The position numbers were made by a program, and so were the translations under genes. From Comamonadaceae bacterium (GTDB lineage Bacteria > Pseudomonadota > Gammaproteobacteria > Burkholderiales > Burkholderiaceae_C): a stretch of 64,000 nt of DNA. Positions 54,653-63,943 of this stretch are shown here, piece by piece. The stretch spans positions 6,797 to 70,796 of the forward strand of contig CANBWP010000013.1 of assembly GCA_947373185.1 (NCBI GenBank). The letters run 5' to 3'. The stretch's first letter is position 1. Each line of letters begins with the position of its first letter. The notes under the pieces were generated by a model. It saw only the letters and a program-made list of their open reading frames with translations, was not told the origin of the DNA and ran no database searches.

Positions 54653-54665
54653 TTGGTCAGACCAA
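54653..54665. promoter_or_regulatory. Perfect palindrome TTGGTCAGACCAA (TGGT-N3-ACCA core, GntR/FadR-type operator-like)
   Basis: Read directly. Lies in the 180-bp divergent region between the glcG-like gene and the sugar ABC operon. Confidence 0.4.
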
Positions 54666-54801
54666 TTAGGGTTACTTGGGATAAGAACTTTCAGGCAAGG
54701 GTGTAATACTGCCATTCAGTTTAAGCAGTTTGACCTTGCGGTTTTACTTGGCAACGCACTTGTTGAGTGTTGTGCAAGGTCTCTTTACTAGGAATTCAAG
54801 A

Positions 54802-55875
54802 ATGGCCAGCGTATCGATCCGAACCGTCAAAAAGAATTTTGGCGAAGTCCCCATCCTTCACGGTGTCGATATTGAAATCAAAGACGGATCCTTCACCGTC
54901 TTGGTGGGCCCATCGGGATGCGGCAAGTCCACGCTGTTGCGCATGATTGCCGGCCTCGAAGAAGTCAGCGATGGTGAAATTCACATTGGCGATCACAAAG
55001 TCAACGACCTGCCTCCAAAGGCTCGCGACATTGCCATGGTCTTTCAGAACTATGCGCTGTACCCCCACATGACCGTGGGCGAGAACATGGCTTTCTCCCT
55101 CACCTTGGCCAAACGCCCCCAAGCAGAAATTGACCAAAAGGTCTCCCGCGCCGCTGACATTCTGGCTTTGGGCTCTTTGCTGGACCGCTACCCCCGCCAA
55201 CTCTCCGGCGGTCAGCGCCAAAGGGTGGCCATGGGCCGCGCCATTGTGCGCGACCCACAGGTTTTCTTGTTTGACGAACCCCTGTCCAACCTCGACGCCA
55301 AATTGCGCGTGGCCATGCGCAGTGAAATCAAGGAATTGCATCAGCGTTTGCAAACCACGTCCATCTACGTCACGCACGATCAAATTGAAGCCATGACCAT
55401 GGGCGATCAAATTGTGGTCATGCGCGATGGCCGCATTGAACAAACAGGCTCGCCGCTTGAGTTGTATGACATGCCCGCCAATCAATTTGTGGCCGGTTTC
55501 ATTGGTTCACCCGCCATGAATTTCTTGCCTGGCAAATTGCTGGTCAACGGCAACGAACACCAGGTCGAACTCCAAGACGGCCTGAAACTCGACTTGCCAG
55601 CCCCCGTCAACGGACAGCATGGCCAGCCCGTGGTGTTTGGCACGCGCCCTGAACACCTGAGCTTGGTCGACAGTGGCGGCATCACCGCCCAAGTGGCCGT
55701 CATGGAACCCACCGGCATGGACACCTTTGTGGCTTGCCGCCATGAAGGCGTGGAGTTCTCTGCCGTGTTCCGCGAGCGTCACGAATTCCAGTTGGGCCGC
55801 ACCATCAATTTGAAGCCCGACATGACACGTGCCCACGTCTTTGACGCTGCTTCTGGCAAGCGCTTGGCGGCTTGA
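54802..55875 (+). CDS. Sugar ABC transporter ATP-binding protein (MalK/UgpC-type)
   Basis: Walker A GPSGCGKST, signature LSGGQRQRVA, Walker B VFLFDEP, and a C-terminal TOBE-like domain. Confidence 0.93.
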   Translation: MASVSIRTVKKNFGEVPILHGVDIEIKDGSFTVLVGPSGCGKSTLLRMIAGLEEVSDGEIHIGDHKVNDLPPKARDIAMVFQNYALYPHMTVGENMAFSLTLAKRPQAEIDQKVSRAADILALGSLLDRYPRQLSGGQRQRVAMGRAIVRDPQVFLFDEPLSNLDAKLRVAMRSEIKELHQRLQTTSIYVTHDQIEAMTMGDQIVVMRDGRIEQTGSPLELYDMPANQFVAGFIGSPAMNFLPGKLLVNGNEHQVELQDGLKLDLPAPVNGQHGQPVVFGTRPEHLSLVDSGGITAQVAVMEPTGMDTFVACRHEGVEFSAVFRERHEFQLGRTINLKPDMTRAHVFDAASGKRLAA

Positions 55876-55927
55876 TTTTTTTGCATTCGTTTTCTCGTCG
55901 TTAACCCAATCAAACAGGAGACATTTC

Positions 55928-57259
55928 ATGACAAAACTGAATCGACGCGACTTTCTGGAAAGCTCAGCCGGCGTAGCGGCAGCCTCCACCACACTGGGCA
56001 TGGGCGCTTTGGCGGCCAGCCCTGCCGCACACGCGCAAAGCATGAGCTTCAAGCCTGAAAAAGGTGCCAAATTGCGCGTCTTGCGCTGGAGCCGGTTTGT
56101 GCAAGGCGACATTGACGCCTACATGGCCAACGTCAAGAAGTTCACAGAACTCACCGGCGTGGAAGTTCGTGTGGACAACGAAGGCTGGGAAGACGTTCGA
56201 CCCAAAGCCGCTGTGGCCGCCAACACGGGTGCTGGCCCCGACATCATTTTGTCGACCAACGACGATGCCAATCTGTACCCCGAGAAACTCTTGGACGTGA
56301 CAGACCTTTGTGAATATTTGGGCAAGAAGTACGGCGGCTGGTATTCAGCTGGTCAAGCCTATTTGCGCCCCGATGGCAAAAAATGGATTGGCGTGCCACT
56401 GGGTGCCTCTGGCTCCATGATTGTTTACCGTCAAAGCATGATCAAAGCCGCTGGCTTTGACACCTTCCCCAAAGACACCGATGGCTTCATGAAGTTGATG
56501 AAGAAGCTCAAAGAAAACGGCACGCCTGCCGGCTTCGCTTTGGGCAATGCCACGGGTGATGGCCTGTGGTGTAACTGGCTCTTGTGGGCCTTCGGCGGCA
56601 AGTTGGTCGATGCCAACAACAAAGTGGTGATTGACAGCCCCGAAACCATCAAGGCGCTGGAATACGCCAAAGAAATGTATGCCTACATGATTCCAGGCAC
56701 CCTCTCTTGGCTCGACCCCAACAACAACAAAGCCTTCTTGGACGGTCAGATCAGTGTGACCAACAACGGCATCTCGATTTACTACGCCACCAAAAATTCA
56801 CCCGATGAAAAAGTGCGCGCATTGAACTCAGACGTCTACCACGCGTCCTTCCCCATTGGCCCAGTTGGCGTGCCCACAGAGTCACACCTGTTCTTCAACC
56901 AAATGGTCATGAAGTACACCAAGTACCCCAATGCCGCCAAAGAGTTCTTGCGCTTCATGATGGAGAAAGAACAGTTCGAGCCCTGGCTCATGGCTGGTGG
57001 CGGCTACGTGGCTCACCCCCTTGACGCTTATTCCAAAGCGCCGGTCTGGACGGTTGATCCCAAGCATGCCGCTTACCGCGACAGCGTGAAAAACCTGCGC
57101 CCTGCTGGTTACGCTGGCAAATTGGGCTACGCCTCTGCGGGTGCCGGTGCCGACTTCATTGTGGTCAACATGGTGGCAGAAGCTGCCAGCGGTTCCAAGA
57201 CCCCCAAAGAAGCCGCCGAACGCGCACAAAAACGTGCCGAGCGTTACTACAAAGTTTGA
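55928..57259 (+). CDS. Sugar ABC transporter substrate-binding protein (Tat signal)
   Basis: MTKLNRRDFLESSAGVAAAS twin-arginine leader. About 443-aa family-1 SBP. Confidence 0.88.
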   Translation: MTKLNRRDFLESSAGVAAASTTLGMGALAASPAAHAQSMSFKPEKGAKLRVLRWSRFVQGDIDAYMANVKKFTELTGVEVRVDNEGWEDVRPKAAVAANTGAGPDIILSTNDDANLYPEKLLDVTDLCEYLGKKYGGWYSAGQAYLRPDGKKWIGVPLGASGSMIVYRQSMIKAAGFDTFPKDTDGFMKLMKKLKENGTPAGFALGNATGDGLWCNWLLWAFGGKLVDANNKVVIDSPETIKALEYAKEMYAYMIPGTLSWLDPNNNKAFLDGQISVTNNGISIYYATKNSPDEKVRALNSDVYHASFPIGPVGVPTESHLFFNQMVMKYTKYPNAAKEFLRFMMEKEQFEPWLMAGGGYVAHPLDAYSKAPVWTVDPKHAAYRDSVKNLRPAGYAGKLGYASAGAGADFIVVNMVAEAASGSKTPKEAAERAQKRAERYYKV

Positions 57260-57285
57260 TCTTTTTTCAACCCTGAAAAGACCCC

Positions 57286-58197
57286 ATGACACCCTTGCTC
57301 GAGAGAATTCAGAACAGCCGCAATGTGCTCGGCCTGATCTTCATGATGCCAGCAGCGCTGTTGCTGTTGCTGTTTCTGACCTACCCTCTTGGCTTGGGTG
57401 TTTGGCTTGGTTTTACCGACACCAAAATTGGCCGTGGTGGCGAGTGGATTGGTTTAGAAAACTACATCTTCTTGCTGTCTGACAGCGTGACCCAATTGGC
57501 CTTGTTCAACACCATGTTCTACACCACGGTGGCCAGCGTGCTCAAGTTTTTCTTGGGCCTGTGGTTGGCTTTGCTGCTGAACAAAAATATCCGCTTCAAA
57601 TCTTTTTTCCGGGCCATCATCTTGTTGCCCTACATCGTGCCCACCGCCTTGTCGGCCATTGCCTTTTGGTGGATTTACGATTCGCAGTTTTCCATCATCA
57701 GCTGGGTTCTGGTCAAGATGGGACTGATTGACACCTACATCGATTTTCTGGGCTCGCCTTGGAACGCCCGATTTGCCACCCTCACCGCCAACGTATGGCG
57801 CGGCGTGCCTTTTGTGGCCATTACCTTGCTGGCCGGCCTGCAAACCATTTCGCCCTCCTACTACGAAGCTTCGGCCATTGATGGTGCGACGCCCTGGCAA
57901 CAGTTTTGGCACGTCACATTGCCCTTGCTCACGCCCATCATTGCGGTCACCATGACTTTCTCTGTGCTCTTCACGTTCACAGACTTCCAACTCATCTACG
58001 TGATCACCCGAGGTGGTCCGCTCAATGCCACCCACCTCATGGCCACCTTGTCCTTCCAGCGTGCCATTCCGGGCGGCGCTTTGGGTGAAGGTGCTGCCAT
58101 TGCCATTGCCATGGTGCCCTTTTTGTTGGCCGCCATCCTCTTCAGTTACTTCGGACTTCAACGCCGTGCATGGCAACAAGGCGGCAGCGACAAATGA
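57286..58197 (+). CDS. Sugar ABC transporter permease
   Basis: 303 aa, six-helix MalF/UgpA-like, with EAA-type loop YEASAIDGATPWQQFWHVTLP. Confidence 0.9.
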   Translation: MTPLLERIQNSRNVLGLIFMMPAALLLLLFLTYPLGLGVWLGFTDTKIGRGGEWIGLENYIFLLSDSVTQLALFNTMFYTTVASVLKFFLGLWLALLLNKNIRFKSFFRAIILLPYIVPTALSAIAFWWIYDSQFSIISWVLVKMGLIDTYIDFLGSPWNARFATLTANVWRGVPFVAITLLAGLQTISPSYYEASAIDGATPWQQFWHVTLPLLTPIIAVTMTFSVLFTFTDFQLIYVITRGGPLNATHLMATLSFQRAIPGGALGEGAAIAIAMVPFLLAAILFSYFGLQRRAWQQGGSDK

Positions 58198-59066
58198 GCA
58201 AAGACAACCAAGACACCGGCGGCATGTCCTACCTGGACAGCAACGCCACCAAAATCATCAAGACTTACTTGCCTTTGGCTTTGTTCTTGTTCGTGTTGCT
58301 GTTTCCGTTTTACTGGATGGGCATCACGGCCTTCAAACCTGACAATGAGTTGCTCTCGCGCGATGGCAATCCTTTTTGGATCATTTCGCCCACCTTGGCC
58401 CACATTGAAAAACTGCTGTTCCGCACGGCTTATCCGCAATGGATGTGGAACACCGTGGTGGTGTCTGTCACCTCGACCTTTTTCTCGTTGTTCGCATCCG
58501 TTTTGGCAGCCTACGCCATTGAACGCTTGCGCTTCAAGGGCTCCAAACAAACAGGTTTGGCCATTTTCTTGGCCTACTTGGTGCCGCCCTCCATCTTGTT
58601 CATTCCCTTGGCATCTGTCATTTTCCAATTGGGCTTGTTTGACTCACGCCTGGCGCTGATCCTGACCTACCCCACCTTCCTCATTCCGTTTTGCACCTGG
58701 CTCTTGATGGGCTACTTCCGCACCATTCCCTTTGAGTTGGAAGAGTGCGCCATGATTGACGGCGCCAATCGGTGGGAAATTTTGGTCAAAATCATTTTGC
58801 CTTTGTCCGTGCCTGGCCTCATTTCAGCGGGCATCTTTGCCTTCACCTTGTCTTGGAACGAGTTCATTTATGCCCTGACCTTCATCTCGTCCAGCGAGTA
58901 CAAAACCGTGCCCGTCGGCGTGGTGACCGAGCTGGTAGAGGGCGATGTCTACCACTGGGGGGCGCTGATGGCCGGCGCCCTGTTTGGCTCCTTGCCGGTG
59001 GCCTTCATCTACTCGTTCTTTGTTGAATACTACGTGTCAGGCATGACCGGTTCAGTCAAAGAATAA
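58194..59066 (+). CDS. Sugar ABC transporter permease
   Basis: MalG/UgpE-like with EECAMIDGANRWEILVKIILP. ATGA overlap with the preceding permease. Confidence 0.9.
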   Translation: MSKDNQDTGGMSYLDSNATKIIKTYLPLALFLFVLLFPFYWMGITAFKPDNELLSRDGNPFWIISPTLAHIEKLLFRTAYPQWMWNTVVVSVTSTFFSLFASVLAAYAIERLRFKGSKQTGLAIFLAYLVPPSILFIPLASVIFQLGLFDSRLALILTYPTFLIPFCTWLLMGYFRTIPFELEECAMIDGANRWEILVKIILPLSVPGLISAGIFAFTLSWNEFIYALTFISSSEYKTVPVGVVTELVEGDVYHWGALMAGALFGSLPVAFIYSFFVEYYVSGMTGSVKE

Positions 59067-59122
59067 CCGCCACCGCGCCAATACCGCCTGCAGGTTTTGG
59101 CGTATTGAGCCTCTCTTTGAAA

Positions 59123-60070
59123 TTAGCTTTTCTGAGGGGCCTTGGCTTTTCGTGCTTGCTTCTTTGCTTTCGTGGCGGCTTCTTTTTTCTGCGCCCTCTC
59201 GGCATCGGCTTTCAAACCTGAGGCCAACCATTCGGCAAATTCCGCAGGCGTTTCAAGTGTCAAGCGACCCAATGCAGCCGATCTGAAATCGTGAATGACA
59301 ATTTCTGCGGCCTTGGTGGTATTGACGCGACCGCCACTTTGAATGGCGCCTCGATAGCGGGCAATGGCCTCCAACATGCTTTCGTCGGTGTGCGCCGCCA
59401 CATCGGGCACTTTGTAACGCGTCGTCAAAGCCGCTGGGTAAAAGGCAATGAGGTAATGCAGCAACTCCAGGGCCACTTCTTCGTCGTCAAAGGCATTGAC
59501 GCCGATGGCGCCACTGGCAGCCAAGTTGTAGCCACTTTTTTCGACAATGATGCGGGGCCACAAAACCCCTGGGGTGTCGTACAAATAAAAATCATCGGCC
59601 AGCGTGATGCGCTGCTCAAGCTTGGTCACGCCCGCTTCGTCGCCCGTTTTGGCCGCTTTTTTGCCTTTGAGGGTGTTGATCAAGGTGGACTTGCCCACGT
59701 TGGGAATGCCGCAGATCAGCACCCGCATGGGCTTGGCCATGCCACCGCGGTTGGGTGCCAATGAATGGCAGGCGTCGATCAGGGCCTTGGCGGGTGACAC
59801 CATGCTGGTGTCCAAGCCAATGGCCTTGACGTTAGGCATGGCGTTGTAATGGGCCAGCCACAAAGCCGTGCGCGCTGGATCGGCCAAGTCTTGTTTGCTC
59901 AAGACCTTGAGGCCCGGCTTGCCTTGAATCAGTTGGGCCAACATTGGATTGGCGCTGGAACCAGGAAGGCGAGCGTCCAGCATTTCAATGACCACATCGA
60001 TGTCTTTGATGCGCTCCTCGATCGCTTTGCGCGTGAGGTGCATGTGACCGGGGAACCATTGAATTGCCAT
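59123..60070 (-). CDS. rbgA: Ribosome biogenesis GTPase A (YlqF/RbgA) with a Lys-rich C-terminal tail
   Basis: MAIQWFPGHM start. Circularly permuted G motifs SKQD ... GIPNVGKST ... DTPG. Tail is KKEAATKAKKQARKAKAPQKS. Confidence 0.88.
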   Translation of the reverse strand: MAIQWFPGHMHLTRKAIEERIKDIDVVIEMLDARLPGSSANPMLAQLIQGKPGLKVLSKQDLADPARTALWLAHYNAMPNVKAIGLDTSMVSPAKALIDACHSLAPNRGGMAKPMRVLICGIPNVGKSTLINTLKGKKAAKTGDEAGVTKLEQRITLADDFYLYDTPGVLWPRIIVEKSGYNLAASGAIGVNAFDDEEVALELLHYLIAFYPAALTTRYKVPDVAAHTDESMLEAIARYRGAIQSGGRVNTTKAAEIVIHDFRSAALGRLTLETPAEFAEWLASGLKADAERAQKKEAATKAKKQARKAKAPQKS

Positions 60071-60219
60071 AAGAAGTAAATGCGGACCAAAATTTGGAAG
60101 CCCCCATTGTCCAATACTTCTGGCCTGGATCTTCAGCAAGGGGGGGTAGACAGCGGCTGAAACCCTGCTGAGGACTGGGTGAATCCGGTCAAAAGTCGCT
60201 GCAGGTCAAGAATTCGCAG

Positions 60220-61062
60220 TCATGGCGATGCAGCCTCAAGCATTTGAAGCTGTGCACTTCCCATCATGATGGGCTTGACCAAGATTTTGTAGGTGTCCAA
60301 ATCGAAGGCCTGTGGCACGTTCACCGAGAACGCATTGCCCCTTGAACAACGGGTGCCTAAGTAGCGCCAATTGTGAATTCGGTGGTATTGGACCCAATCG
60401 CCCTGTTGCTCTATCACCTCAATGGCACCTGCAAAAGGCCAAGCGTGAACTTTCAAATCAGCCAGCGCGCTCAGCAAGCGTTGATCGTGCGCATGTCGAT
60501 CTTCCTGGCCCACACAAGCCCCCAAACAAGTTTTAACTTGAAGGCCAAAGCAGCCTCGCGCTCCCATCTTTTCGAGACCCAACAAACCCAAACACAAACG
60601 ATGCTGATCGGCCAATTGACGCAGCACCTCGCGCGCGCCGTGCGCAGATGAAAAGAGACCGTACAAACCGTTGACAATCCCCAAGCCCAAATCTTTGCCT
60701 GTCACCACTTGTGGAACCACAAAGCCTTGGGTGTCATCGATTTGCAGACTGCACATTTGCCTGGACCTTCTCAGGCGCACATTGAACAAAGGGTTTTGCA
60801 CTTTGATCAAATGCGCCTCCAACAACAACGCGCCCATCTCACCAGCGGTTTCAATAAAGTCCACGCGACGCGTTTGCGACATCATTTGAACTTCATCCTC
60901 CGCCCTCAAGTGCGCCAACACGCGGCTTCGAATGTCGACACTTTTGCCAATGTAAAGCGGCAGCGTGCCGTCCCCTTTGAAAATGTAGACCCCCGAACCT
61001 CGGGGCAAATCAGCAAGGGACTGGGGGTCAATGGCATGGGCCGTTTTCAAAGAAAATTTCAC
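60220..61062 (-). CDS. GIY-YIG nuclease, Cho/UvrC N-terminal homolog
   Basis: 280 aa with GVYIFKGDGTLPLYIGKSVDIRSRVLAH...EAHLIKVQNPLFN (GIY-YIG), then a Cys-rich CFGLQVKTCLGAC. Confidence 0.75.
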   Translation of the reverse strand: MKFSLKTAHAIDPQSLADLPRGSGVYIFKGDGTLPLYIGKSVDIRSRVLAHLRAEDEVQMMSQTRRVDFIETAGEMGALLLEAHLIKVQNPLFNVRLRRSRQMCSLQIDDTQGFVVPQVVTGKDLGLGIVNGLYGLFSSAHGAREVLRQLADQHRLCLGLLGLEKMGARGCFGLQVKTCLGACVGQEDRHAHDQRLLSALADLKVHAWPFAGAIEVIEQQGDWVQYHRIHNWRYLGTRCSRGNAFSVNVPQAFDLDTYKILVKPIMMGSAQLQMLEAASP

Positions 61063-61604
61063 GCACTTTTCTTGAGGTCAAACACCAAACAAGTCGATGT
61101 GGCATGCGCATACAAAGTGCCATCGGGTCCCACCAATTTAGCCTCGGTGGTGGCCAGTTGCCTGCCGCAATGCAGCACTTGACCAATGGCCCGAACACGT
61201 GAAACTTCAGGCGTGAGGGCACGAACCAAATTGAGACTCAACTCGGCGGTGGTGTAGCCACGGCCTAAGGGCATTTTGCTGTGCACGGCACAGCCCATGG
61301 CGGAATCGAGGATGGCGGCAAACCATCCACCGTGAATTGTGCCCATGGGATTCATGTAATCGCCATTGGGTGCGCCTTGAAAGACTGCGCGTCCTTCTGA
61401 CAATTCAAGCAGATAAAAATTCAAGGTGTGCCCCAAGGTGGGCGTTTTAATTTTTCCAAGCATCATCTTCTGCATCATTTCCAAGCCTGTCATGCTTGAG
61501 ACCTCCTGCAAGGGTGTAATGCCCGGTCCTGCACCCGATTGGAGGGTGTTGATCAAGTCAGATTCTTCGGCCAACCATTGCGCAAGGATGTCGTCTTTTG
61601 TCAT
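61059..61604 (-). CDS. PaaI-family hotdog-fold thioesterase
   Basis: 181 aa with NPMGTIHGGWFAAILDSAMGCAV. Confidence 0.85.
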   Translation of the reverse strand: MTKDDILAQWLAEESDLINTLQSGAGPGITPLQEVSSMTGLEMMQKMMLGKIKTPTLGHTLNFYLLELSEGRAVFQGAPNGDYMNPMGTIHGGWFAAILDSAMGCAVHSKMPLGRGYTTAELSLNLVRALTPEVSRVRAIGQVLHCGRQLATTEAKLVGPDGTLYAHATSTCLVFDLKKSA

Positions 61605-61676
61605 AAAAAAAATTTTGAGCGTGTCAAAATAGAAAGGTTCACTCAGAAGTTAACACACAACGTATTGGAAACACCG

Positions 61677-62498
61677 ATGACTGCCCAACGCGCCCGCTTC
61701 ACCAGTCTGGCTTTGCTCACCCTGTTGAGTGCTTGCCAAACATCCACCACCGTCGCAACACCGCCAACATCGCCAGAAGTTGTGGGTGAGTTTCGCAAAG
61801 GGTCAGGTTATTTGAATGGTTACATCGCGCCGCCACAATTGCCCGACAGCCTGAAGCTGTTGCCCCCGCCACCCGCAGCAGGCTCTGCTCGCGAAGCCGC
61901 AGACCTTGAGACTTATCGCCAAACCCGTGCACTGCGTGACACGCCCCAATGGACCCAGGCTGCCAAAGACGTCAACCTCAAATTTCCACAGGCAGCCAAT
62001 GTCTTTGCCTGCGCCTTGGATTTGCCAATTTCGGCCGAAACCACGCCCCATCTCAACATGCTGCTGCGCCGCACTTTGCTAGACGCCGGCTTGTCCACTT
62101 ACAAAGCCAAAGACCACTACCAGCGCAAACGCCCCTTCGTGGCGCAGGGCGATAGCACCTGTGCCCCACAGGAAGAAGCAGCCCTGTCCAGAGATGGCGC
62201 TTACCCCTCAGGCCATGCGGCACTGGGTTGGGCATGGGGCCTGATTCTGACCAGCCTGGATCCCGACAAGACCAATGCCCTGCTGCAACGCGGCCATGAA
62301 TTTGGTCAAAGCCGTGTGGTTTGTGGGGTGCACTGGCAAAGTGACGTCGACGCAGGCCGCCTCCTAGGCGCAGCGACCGTGGCCCGCTTGCAAGCCAATC
62401 CTGTGTTTGTGGCACAAGCCCAATTGGCCAAAGAAGAAATCGCAGCGGCACGCGCCAAAGGCTTGCACGCAGACCCTGGCCAATGTGCCCGACCCTAA
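61677..62498 (+). CDS. Class A (PAP2) acid phosphatase, lipoprotein
   Basis: Lipobox LLSAC. Tripartite motif KDHYQRKRPF ... PSGHA ... SRVVCGVHWQSD. Confidence 0.9.
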   Translation: MTAQRARFTSLALLTLLSACQTSTTVATPPTSPEVVGEFRKGSGYLNGYIAPPQLPDSLKLLPPPPAAGSAREAADLETYRQTRALRDTPQWTQAAKDVNLKFPQAANVFACALDLPISAETTPHLNMLLRRTLLDAGLSTYKAKDHYQRKRPFVAQGDSTCAPQEEAALSRDGAYPSGHAALGWAWGLILTSLDPDKTNALLQRGHEFGQSRVVCGVHWQSDVDAGRLLGAATVARLQANPVFVAQAQLAKEEIAAARAKGLHADPGQCARP

Positions 62499-62605
62499 GG
62501 CGTAGAGGCAACTCATTCGGTACAGCCTTGACCCCTCCAGCTTGCCGGCGCACGCCCGGTCACAGTACATTAGAAACAATTCAAAACTGAGGCCACCGCT
62601 TGACC

Positions 62606-62980
62606 ATGAACGCCACTCCCCAAAAAATCTTGACCACTCTCTCCACAGTGGCCATTGCTGCTGTGCTCTTGTTTGCACTCTACATTTGGAGTGCATTGAC
62701 ATGGAGCTATTCAACCGGCGAGCGCGCAGGCTTTCTGCAAAAAGTGTCGAACAAAGGCTGGATTTGCAAGACCTGGGAAGGTGAGCTTTCTTTGGTGGCC
62801 ATGCCTGGCGCAGCACCCGAAAAGTTTTTGTTCACCGTGCGCGATGAAGCCACGGCCCAAAAACTCAGCGCCGCGGCCGGTAAGCGCGTCACCCTCAATT
62901 ACGAGCAGCACAAAGGCTTGCCAACTTCATGCTTTGGCGACACCGACTACTTTGTGGTGGGCCTCACCGAAATCGAATGA
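62606..62980 (+). CDS. Hypothetical membrane-anchored protein
   Basis: One N-terminal TM (LTTLSTVAIAAVLLFALYIW). I recognise no other motif. Confidence 0.5.
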   Translation: MNATPQKILTTLSTVAIAAVLLFALYIWSALTWSYSTGERAGFLQKVSNKGWICKTWEGELSLVAMPGAAPEKFLFTVRDEATAQKLSAAAGKRVTLNYEQHKGLPTSCFGDTDYFVVGLTEIE

Positions 62981-63048
62981 TGAATGGGTGACTGATCACA
63001 ATTGTTTTGAGCACAATTGTTCAAGCCATGTGATCTCGTCACATCCAG

Positions 63049-63363
63049 TTATTGGGCGCAAGTACGGGTGCGTGTGATGGTGCCGTCAGGGTTTTGCGTT
63101 TCTGTCCAAGGACTGCAAACCTGATTCGTCTGATTGGCCTGCGGTTGCACCACCACGGGCTGGGCTTGCTGCTGAACAATGACAGGTTGCTGAACATACA
63201 CAGGTTGCTGACGCGCCACCTCATACACAATGGCACCACCGATGATGGTGGGAACCATCCATTGCCAGCCACCCCCATAACCGCGAGCCCAATAGCCACC
63301 GTGCCCGTGGGCCATGGCGGTCAAACTCACAGTCATCAACACAGCGGTCAGTATTTTTTTCAT
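63049..63363 (-). CDS. Small secreted Gly/Trp- and Gln/Pro/Val-rich protein
   Basis: Signal peptide MKKILTAVLMTVSLTAMA, GGYWARGYGGGWQW, a hydrophobic segment, then the QQPVYVQQPVIVQQQAQPVVVQPQ repeat. Confidence 0.55.
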   Translation of the reverse strand: MKKILTAVLMTVSLTAMAHGHGGYWARGYGGGWQWMVPTIIGGAIVYEVARQQPVYVQQPVIVQQQAQPVVVQPQANQTNQVCSPWTETQNPDGTITRTRTCAQ

Positions 63364-63466
63364 CACAATCTCCAAAAGGTCATCTTGGCCAGATTAAAAC
63401 GCAAAGATGTAAATTTTTTGTTAACGCTCAGAATACCAGCGAAAACAAGGTGCAAACTGAAGGACC

Positions 63467-63943
63467 ATGAAACAGCCCAAGCTCAACCACAAAGCGCAAA
63501 ACCTGCTGCACTCTATCGCCATTTTTGAGGCGATCAAGGGCGTCTCTGCCCTGGCAGCCTGTGTCGGCCTGCTCAGCCTGGCCCATCATGACCTGAAGGC
63601 CATGGCCTATGCACTCATTGGCCACTTTCACCTTGAACCTGAGGCCCACTACCCGCAAATGCTGATTGACCAAGCCATGTGGCTAGAAAATGCCAACCTC
63701 CGACAAATCGTGCTGCTGGCCTGTCTGTATGCCAGCATTCGCATGATTGAAGGCTATGGCCTCTGGAAAGACAAAGCCTGGGCTGAATGGCTGGCCGCCT
63801 GCTCTGGTGGCATTTATCTGCCGCTTGAAATGATGCATCTTTTAGAGCACACCACTTGGATCAACGCATTCGTCATGCTGTTTAATTTGGGCGTGGTGAT
63901 GTACATGGTGTGGCGATTATGGGAAAGGAGAAAAGCAGCATGA
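63467..63943 (+). CDS. DUF2127-domain membrane protein
   Basis: 158 aa with HSIAIFEAIKGVSALAA...IRMIEGYGLWKDKAWAEWLA pattern. Confidence 0.7.
   Translation: MKQPKLNHKAQNLLHSIAIFEAIKGVSALAACVGLLSLAHHDLKAMAYALIGHFHLEPEAHYPQMLIDQAMWLENANLRQIVLLACLYASIRMIEGYGLWKDKAWAEWLAACSGGIYLPLEMMHLLEHTTWINAFVMLFNLGVVMYMVWRLWERRKAA

Noticed and set aside
59076-59108. A possible terminator hairpin (CAATACCGCC...GGCGTATTG) between the permease and rbgA.
   Set aside because: The stem has a bulge and no T-run follows on either strand, so it is too weak to call.
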